Shown in pieces: positions 30,360-38,900 of a DNA stretch of 64,000 nucleotides. The position numbers and the translations under genes are program-made. This DNA is from a bacterium. GTDB taxonomy: Bacteria; Zhuqueibacterota; Zhuqueibacteria; Residuimicrobiales; Krinioviventaceae. The DNA lies in NCBI GenBank assembly GCA_963693055.1, contig OY843751.1:384001-448000 (forward strand), in the 5' to 3' direction. Below the pieces are notes generated by a model that saw nothing but the letters and a program-made list of their open reading frames with translations, ran no database searches and was not told the DNA's origin. The first letter of the stretch is position 1; every line of letters starts with the position of its first letter.

Positions 30360-32015
30360 CTATTCTTTTTCATCAAGTTTAAAAACTATCGGAATACCAA
30401 TCCAAACTTTTACCGGTTTGTCTCTTTGGGTAGCGGGTTTCCAGCTAACTGATTTTATGGCGGCAATTGCCGCTTGATCACAGCCGTTGTTGCCTGAGCC
30501 TATGCCTTGTAAGATTTTTGTGTCTACAACCTGGCCGTTTTCATCAATCAGGCAGTTGATAACAACACGTCCTTCAATACCGGCCTTGCGAGCCAATTCC
30601 GGATATATCAGATTTTTCTGGATGACCGTGAATCCACCAATGGGCTGGGGTGGGACATCATATGTTGCAAAATTTTTTTCTAATTTCTTTGTATCTGTTG
30701 TATTTTCATTATCGAGTTTGAAAACAACGGGAATGCCGATCCAGACTTTGACTGGTTTACCTTTTTGGGTAGCGGGTTTCCAGTCTATAGCTTTTATTGC
30801 TTTAATAGCAGCTTCATCGCAGCCGTTATTACCCAAAGACATGAGGACATTGGTATCAACAACAGAACCTTTTTCATCGATTAAACAATTGATAATTACA
30901 CGGCCTTCTATTCCTGCCTTGAGGGCAATTTCCGGATAAATCAGGTTTTTCTGGATCGCTGTAAAACCACCAATAGGTTCGGGTGGTTTGTCGAAAGGGG
31001 TAAATATATCTGCTTCTTTACTTGGAATATCCTGTGCTGTAACTTTCGGTGCTTGAGGTATTTTGTTCTCCTGACTGCAATACCATGACAAGGGAAGAAT
31101 GAGCAGCGCCAGGATGAGCAGCGCTGCCCGGGTTTTGAATGTAGAACGTTTTTGCATTGATTCCTCCTGTAATTGGTATGTTACACGATTTAATAATTTA
31201 TGTTTTTGCTTGATCAAGGCCGATGCGGAAATGTAGCTCCATTGCGGATCTGTGATCTTTTCCGCAATGTCTATTAAATAGCGTGAATAATCACCTGGTG
31301 AAATACTGGATTTTTCAATTGCATAATCATCACAGGCCATTTCACGGTACTCGTTAATACGTTCATTTAACAACCAGACAAAAGGATGAAAAAAGTAGAG
31401 CGCTTGTACAACCGTTTGCAGAAATTGTACAAAACCGTCTTTGCGTTCAATGTGTGCCAGTTCGTGCTGTAATAATACTTTGCGTCCCTTTTCTGTTATT
31501 GCATTCCAGTAATCAGGTACATAAATACGATTAGGGAACATGCCCATACTGAGAGGAGAAAAGATATTTTTACTGACATATAAATCTATTAAAGAATCAC
31601 GAGTTGGCAGTTTTTTGGCGGATTCGAGCGAGAGTCTTAATAAAAAGGATGAAAGCGAAGAAATAATCAAATAAAGTGCTGCTGAGCCAACCCAGATCAT
31701 GAAAAGAATAGCGGTTGCAGAGGGTCTGGTCATTGATATTTCCTGAACAACAGTTTCTATGGATACAAGTCTTTCAACCGTTACAGATTGTGCTACAGGT
31801 TCTGTTATTGAAAACAATGAGAAATGTCCCGGGATAAAGGGAGGCAGCAGCAATTTAATGATACCAAGAACACCAATCATATATTTAATGCGGGCATCTG
31901 CTTTTCGCAATAGATGTAAAACAAAATATACCAGAACCAGGAATATTGTATTTTGCAAAATGGCCATGCCAAAATAAGATGCCCAGGCTTCCGCAATTTG
32001 ATTAAAGAATATCAT
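30360..32015 (-). CDS. BlaR1-like M56 metallopeptidase fused to two TonB C-terminal domains
   Basis: HELAH zinc motif, FFHPFVW, REMACD; two copies of P.PIGG..IQKNLIYPE.A.KAGIEGRV.INCLIDE.G...WKPATQ..KPVKVWIGIP.VFKLD. Confidence 0.93.
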   Translation of the reverse strand: MIFFNQIAEAWASYFGMAILQNTIFLVLVYFVLHLLRKADARIKYMIGVLGIIKLLLPPFIPGHFSLFSITEPVAQSVTVERLVSIETVVQEISMTRPSATAILFMIWVGSAALYLIISSLSSFLLRLSLESAKKLPTRDSLIDLYVSKNIFSPLSMGMFPNRIYVPDYWNAITEKGRKVLLQHELAHIERKDGFVQFLQTVVQALYFFHPFVWLLNERINEYREMACDDYAIEKSSISPGDYSRYLIDIAEKITDPQWSYISASALIKQKHKLLNRVTYQLQEESMQKRSTFKTRAALLILALLILPLSWYCSQENKIPQAPKVTAQDIPSKEADIFTPFDKPPEPIGGFTAIQKNLIYPEIALKAGIEGRVIINCLIDEKGSVVDTNVLMSLGNNGCDEAAIKAIKAIDWKPATQKGKPVKVWIGIPVVFKLDNENTTDTKKLEKNFATYDVPPQPIGGFTVIQKNLIYPELARKAGIEGRVVINCLIDENGQVVDTKILQGIGSGNNGCDQAAIAAIKSVSWKPATQRDKPVKVWIGIPIVFKLDEKE

Positions 32016-32407
32016 TTATCATCCTTTAGGTTTTTTTCTTTTTCTCTTAAAAGGGCTTTGATTTTCTGGATCTCATCCATGCTTAACTCCTGCGAGTCTA
32101 TGAGATAGTTCGCCATGGCGGGTACAGATCCTTTAAAGATACGAGAGGCAACGGAAGAGATTTCTGATTTTACCATATCTTTGCGTGACTCGACGGGTTT
32201 GTAAAAATTGACCAAACCGATTTTTTCTGTATCCAGCATACCTTTTTTTACCAGGGTATTCATAATTGTTTGAACAGTGGTATATGCCTTTTCTCCATTG
32301 GGGTAAAGTTTTTCTAATACATCTCTTACCGAGGGAGGATTCTGCATATTCCAAACTGCTTCCATGATTTCCCATTCAACCGGAGTCAGTTTATTGTTGG
32401 GTGCCAT
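32012..32407 (-). CDS. BlaI/MecI/CopY family repressor
   Basis: LTPVEWEIMEAVW, AYTTVQTIMNTLVKKG; AGGAG RBS; ATGA overlap with the M56 gene. Confidence 0.95.
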   Translation of the reverse strand: MAPNNKLTPVEWEIMEAVWNMQNPPSVRDVLEKLYPNGEKAYTTVQTIMNTLVKKGMLDTEKIGLVNFYKPVESRKDMVKSEISSVASRIFKGSVPAMANYLIDSQELSMDEIQKIKALLREKEKNLKDDK

Positions 32408-32432
32408 CGTTTCTCCTATGATTGTAATTTAT

Positions 32433-32478
32433 TTACTATAACTATAGTAATGATACTAAATTTATAATAACTTGTCAA
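32433..32478 (-). promoter_or_regulatory. Sigma70-type promoter of the blaI-like operon overlapped by tandem palindromic operators
   Basis: Minus strand TTGACA (32478-32473), 17-nt spacer, TATCAT (32455-32450). Perfect palindrome TTACTATA-AC-TATAGTAA at 32433-32450 and a degenerate copy at 32453-32470. Confidence 0.75.
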
Positions 32479-32986
32479 GTATTTTTTTTAAGACTGTATT
32501 TTTTTACTTATTAGGGAATTCTTTACCTAGGTATTTTTTATGAAAAGCTTTAGTTACATAATTGTAATTAGGGTTTTTGTGTTTTTAATGCAAGTTCAAA
32601 AAAAACAATGTATGGAGTTGTGAGGATTTATAAATTATGTAAAATTTTGATTACATTTTTGGCATTATATTTGAAAAGAAAAATGACGGAAAAAGTATAG
32701 CAACATTCTAGTATGGACCTTTCCAATGATGATTGTTGCTCCAACATAAAATTTGCCATTCATCTGATGATGTGAAACAGGAAGTATATGGGAGTTTTCA
32801 ATTGATGTGTTTAATGCGGCAACCTATTATAAAATCAAATAATCTTTTATTCATTAAAAACAAAACTAACAAACACTAATATCTTTATAAAATATACGCA
32901 TTAATGGTTTAACTAAATGCAATGGATATTAGTGCACTTGGATGTAAAAGTAATTTGTAAATCAACAACTAACCGAGGAGGGTTCT

Positions 32987-35900
32987 GTGAACCAAAACAG
33001 AAAACGTTACAACTATTTAAATCTTTGGACATTTTTTCTGATTCTTTTCATGGTCAGTGGATTTGTTCAAACACCTGCTATTGCACAGGATAATGTAGAT
33101 GGTGACGGCGGATTTGTTCCGTCCGGAAGCATCGAGTTTATGGGCTCGTCTGTTTCCACCAAAGATTACCGAATGACCCCTGCTGATAATGGGCTGCCAA
33201 AAACCGAAGGTGCAACCTATATGCAGGATACGGACAATGAGAATAACAGTCTCACCGGTACAGCTGATGGCGATATGGATAATTACTTGTATCGAGCAAA
33301 TTCACCAATTGAATTTAATATCTTTATGACCGGCGCGCTTCCTACTGAAAATGCAGTTTTAACTATTTATGCGTACGATGTTGATGAAGAAGCCGGAGAA
33401 ATAAACCAGGTGTATTTTAATGGTCATTTTCTTGGTAATATGACAGGAGCAAATGATGTCTGGAATACTACAGTTTTTGTACTGGATAAATCATGGGTCA
33501 AAAGCGGTAAAAACCTTGTTCAATATAATGTCGATGTAAATAATGCGGGATGGGCGACTGCAGTTGACTGGGGCCAGTTGGTTATAGACGGCGGTTCCAG
33601 GGGACAAGCTGATGTAGCTCAAATCGATTATGTTGATGAAACCATTGGCAGCAGTACTGTTGATGTCAATGTTAACGTTCCGGTAGAGATTATTGTACCC
33701 GGGAATTTCAAGATTGAGCTTAATTTTAAAGACCCCAGTGGTAATGTGATCACTTCTACTGCCAGAAATTTTACCGGAAGTAGTGTTGGCCAGATTGTAA
33801 ACCAGGCCTATGCGCTTTCATACCCCAAAAATAGTTCCTCAGGAACATATACGGTAGAAGCCATTGTGTTTGAAACCGAAGGCAATACCTTGCAGGTTTT
33901 TAAGACTTTGGGTTTTGAGCATACCTCGGGCTCCGGTCCGGTCAGCGCACCTGAAATCACCGTAAAAGGCCAGGGTGTTGAAATTGCAGACGGAAGCAGT
34001 TCAATTTCTACAGGCAACAATACCGATTTTGGTACAGTTGATACAGGCTCAAACAATGCACTTGTGTTTGCCATTGAAAATGAAGGTTCTGCGGATCTGG
34101 ACCTGACCGGTTCTCCGCTTGTAACTATTGGTGGTGCGAATGCTTCTGATTTTACCGTAACTTCAGCGCCTACAACACCCATTGCGTCAGGCGGAGGCAA
34201 AGTCTATTTTGAGATCACATTTGCGCCGACTGCCAGCGGTTCACGAACGGCAACAGTCAGTATTGCAAATAATGATGATGATGAAAATCCCTATAATTTT
34301 ACAATCGGTGGTGCCGGCAACCAAACGACCATGCCGGAAATTGATATCCGGGGTAATGGAGTATCTATTACATCTGGTGATACCAGTCCCGATGCTGGTG
34401 ATAACACTTTGTTTGGTAGTACCGATATTCAGGGCGGTACAATTAGCAAAACATTTGTTGTTCACAATACCGGTGATGCTTCATTGACAGTCAATAGTGT
34501 TTCTTTATCAGGAGTTAATGCCGGTGATTTCAGTATCACTACAGACCCGTCCGGTAGTATTGAAACGGGTAGTTCAGCCAATCTTGAAGTCAAGTTTGAT
34601 CCTTCTACTGTAGGCAACAAGACCGCACAAATCACGGTTAATAATAACGATGGTGATGAGAACAGTTATATTTTTACTATACAGGGCAACGGTGTTACCA
34701 ATCCCGAAATCGCGGTTACCGGTAATAGTAACGCAATTGCAGATGGTTCTAATACACCAGCAAGCGAAAATAATACCTTGTTTGGTACTTTGGACATTCA
34801 GGGCGGCAACGAAAGCAAAACCTATGTAATTAATAACAGTGGATCAGGCACCTTGACCATCAGCAGTGTTACCCTGGGTGGTACAAATGCCGGTGATTTT
34901 AGTATTACCACAAATCCCACCGGAACCGTAACATCAGGTGGAAATGCGAACCTGGTAATCAAGTTTGATCCTTCAGCAGCAGGCACCCGTAATGCAACCG
35001 TTTCGATTGCAAGTGATGATGCTGATGAAAATCCCTATACCTTTGCTATTCGCGGAACTGGTGAAGTGAATCCCGAAATTGCGGTTACCGGTAATAGTAA
35101 CGCAATTGCAGATGGTTCTAATACACCAGCAAGCGAAAATAATACCTTGTTTGGCTCTTTGGACATTCAGGGCGGCAACGAAAGCAAAACCTATGTAATT
35201 AATAACAGTGGATCAGGCACCTTGACCATCAGCAGTGTTACCTTGGGTGGTACAAATGCCGGTGATTTTAGTATTACCACAAATCCCACCGGAACAGTAA
35301 CATCAGGTGGAAATGCGAACCTGGTAATCAAGTTTGATCCTTCAGCAGCAGGCACCCGTAATGCAACCGTTTCGATTGCAAGTGATGATGCTGATGAAAA
35401 TCCCTATACCTTTGCTATTCGCGGAACTGGTGAAGTGAATCCCGAAATTGCGGTTACCGGTAATAGTAACGCAATTGCAGATGGTTCTAATACACCAGCA
35501 AGCGAAAATAATACCTTGTTTGGCTCTTTGGACATTCAGGGCGGCAACGAAAGCAAAACCTATGTAATTAATAACAGTGGATCAGGCACCTTGACCATCA
35601 GCAGTGTTACCTTGGGTGGTACAAATGCCGGTGATTTTAGTATTACCACAAATCCCACCGGAACCGTAACATCAGGTGGAAATGCGAACCTGGTAATCAA
35701 GTTTGATCCTTCAGCAGCAGGCACCCGTAATGCAACCGTTTCGATTGCAAGTGATGATGCTGATGAAAATCCCTATACCTTTGCTATTCGCGGAACTGGT
35801 GAAGTGAATCCCGAAATTGCGGTTACCGGTAATAGTAACGCAATTGCAGATGGTTCTAATACACCAGCAAGCGAAAATAATACCTTGTTTGGCTCTTTGG

Positions 35901-38900
35901 ACATTCAGGGCGGCAACGAAAGCAAAACCTATGTAATCAATAATAGTGGATCAGGCACCTTGACCATCAGCAGTGTTACCCTGGGTGGCACAAATGCCGG
36001 TGATTTTAGTATTACCACAAATCCCACCGGAACCGTAACATCAGGTGGAAATGCGAACCTGGTAATCAAGTTTGATCCTTCAGCAGCAGGCACCCGTAAT
36101 GCAACCGTTTCGATTGCAAGTGATGATGCTGATGAAAATCCCTATACCTTTGCTATTCGCGGAACTGGTGAAACCAATCCGGAAATTGACATGACCGGTG
36201 ATGGAAATCCCATCGTAAGTGGAGATACTACTCCCTCAAGTGTAGATGGGACCTTGTTCCCCACCATTGATGTGGATGACAGTACTTCAACAAGTACCTT
36301 TGTTATTAATAATCCCGGTTCTGGTGTTTTGAATATTACAAACATTCAAATTACCGGTGATAATGCCGGTGATTTTAGTGTAACCGTTGATCCTACAGGT
36401 ACAGTTGCTGCAGGTTCAACAGCGGATTTGGGACTTACATTCGATCCCTCTGCCGCAGGCGAACGCAACGCTACCGTAACCATTACTACCGATGACGCGA
36501 ATGAGGGTACATATACTTTTGCAATTCGTGGAAACGGTTATGTTACTTCTCTTGATTTTACAATGACAACCAATTACCAGGATTCCCCAAGTGCACCGGG
36601 AGAGTCATTGGCATTGGGTGCTTCTGTAAATTGGACATATATCTTGACCAATACCGGTTCAGTAACCCTGACCAATATTGCTGTGACAGATGATACAAAT
36701 GGTGTTGTTGGTACGATAGCTTCGCTGGCAGCAGGTGCCACCGATTCTTTGACCGCTTCCGGTAATGCAATCAGTGGTTTATATGCAGGCGGTGCTTCTT
36801 TTACTACTATCTATAATGGTAAAGAGGTTACCGGTTCTGATGCTTCTTACTATACTGGTATTGTTTCCACAATTTCCGGTCTGGTCTGGCATGATAAAAA
36901 TCGTGACGGTATTCAGGATGCAGGTGAAACCGGTATCGAGAATGTTAGTGTAAATATCTATGATGACGGCAGCAGTCTTGTCACTTCAGATACCACAGAC
37001 GCTGATGGTAACTTTACCCTGACCGAGCTTGAACCTGGTGATTATACGGTTGAATTTTCCGACTTGACTGCGCACTTTGTTTTCAGTCCCAAAGATCAGG
37101 GCGGCGACGATAGCGCAGACAGTGATGTTAATATAGCAACCGGTATTACCGATGTGGTAACCCTTGCCATGGGTGAGGTCCAAACCACCACAGACGCAGG
37201 TATTTATTATCCCGCAACCAAGGTAGCCGGATTTGTCTGGAACGATTTGAACCGTGACGGCAAACAACAGCACGAAGAACCGGGTGTTAAGGATATTGTT
37301 GTGACTCTGTATGACTCGTTGAATGTCGTTGTGGGTACCTATATACTTAGCGACGCAGATGGAAAATATGAATTTAACACACTGGATTTTGGAACGTATT
37401 CGGTAGGGTTTGCAGATATTCCTGCCAACTTTGCCTTTACCACCAAAGACCTGGGTGAAGATGATCTGATCGATAGTGACGCAGACCACTTTACCGGCAT
37501 TACGGATCCCTTTTTCATGCTGCCGGGCGACAGCTCGATGCATGTAGACGCGGGTTTGATCGAGATGACCGGCGTAGTTAGCGGCACTGTATTTATGGAT
37601 AAAAATGGTAATGGTGAACAAGATGAAGAAGAAAGTGCTCTGGCTGGAAGCAAAGTGCTATTGTTGGGCGCAAGCTCTGACAGTACACTCAGTAATGAGC
37701 AAGGCGGATACAAGTTTGCCGGTGTACCCGCGGGCAGCTATAAAGTAACTGTGAAAAACGATTCACTTGCTACATTCTATACCACAACCACGGGCGGCGA
37801 TACGCTGGCTGTAGTGGTAGAAGAAGGTGGAAGTGTTAGTAATTTAAACTTTGGTTATGAAAAAATATCAGGCTCTATTCAGGTTGTATTGTTTAATGAT
37901 GACAACCGTGATGGCTTGTTAAGCGACGGCGAAGTGTTGCTGCCAGATGTACAAGTCGTACTGGGAGATGTTACTGGTGCTGAATTGAACAGCCTGTCCA
38001 CAGACGCAGACGGCAGTGTGGTATTCCCGGATCTGGATTCAGGTGTATACCTGGTATCAGTCAATACCAAAGACTCTGATCTTCCGGAAGCCTACTGGCC
38101 AACCGTAGCCGACAATCCATTTTATGTAACGCTGACCCTTGATGATCCTCAGGTGAACACCCAGGTTGGGCTGAACACCATGAGCTCTGACGGTGGAATT
38201 ATAGGTGACTTTGTATGGCACGATTCCAACTGGAACCGCGTGCCTGAAGGTGACGAAGAAAAACTTCCGTACGTTATGATCTATCTGTACAGACTGATCA
38301 ATCCATCAAATGCGCGTGTGGGTCTTGACGGAAATATCATTCAGGAAAAAGTACTGGTAGACAGTGTCCGCACCAACTATTTTGGTAATTATTACTTTAC
38401 GGATGTAGAATCCGGCGAGTATTTTGTAAAAGCCCATGAACTCCAGTATTCTCAGGACAAAGAATGGATGATCACATCCCGTGACTCTATGTATGTAGAG
38501 ATCGGCGGAACTGATGTTAAACTGGACGCGGATTTTGGTTTTGCCGAAGAAAGCGAAGCGGAAACCGGAACCATTAAAGGCTTTGTATTTAACGATCTGG
38601 ATTCAGACAGAGAATACACAGATGGCGAACCGGGCCTTGCCGGAATCAGCGTGGAATTGTACAAAAAGAAAACACTGGTGGAAAGTGCGGTAACTGACGG
38701 TGACGGAAACGTAACCTTTAATGACGTGTTCCCTGGTGATTATAAATTAAGTGTAGACGGAGAATCTCTGCCATTGAATTACGCGGTAACCACCAATAAC
38801 GATCCTGAAGCGCTGTTCCTTGCAGGCTCTAGCGAATATGTTGGTCAGGGTTTTGGCGTGGCAGAAGAAGCTGACTGGGGCAAAACCCCGAACCGTATCA

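Noticed and set aside
34700-36175. Possible CRISPR array or DGR template/variable repeat
   Set aside because: Units are 369-bp in-frame coding repeats with no spacers; differences are not adenine-specific and no cas or reverse transcriptase gene is present.
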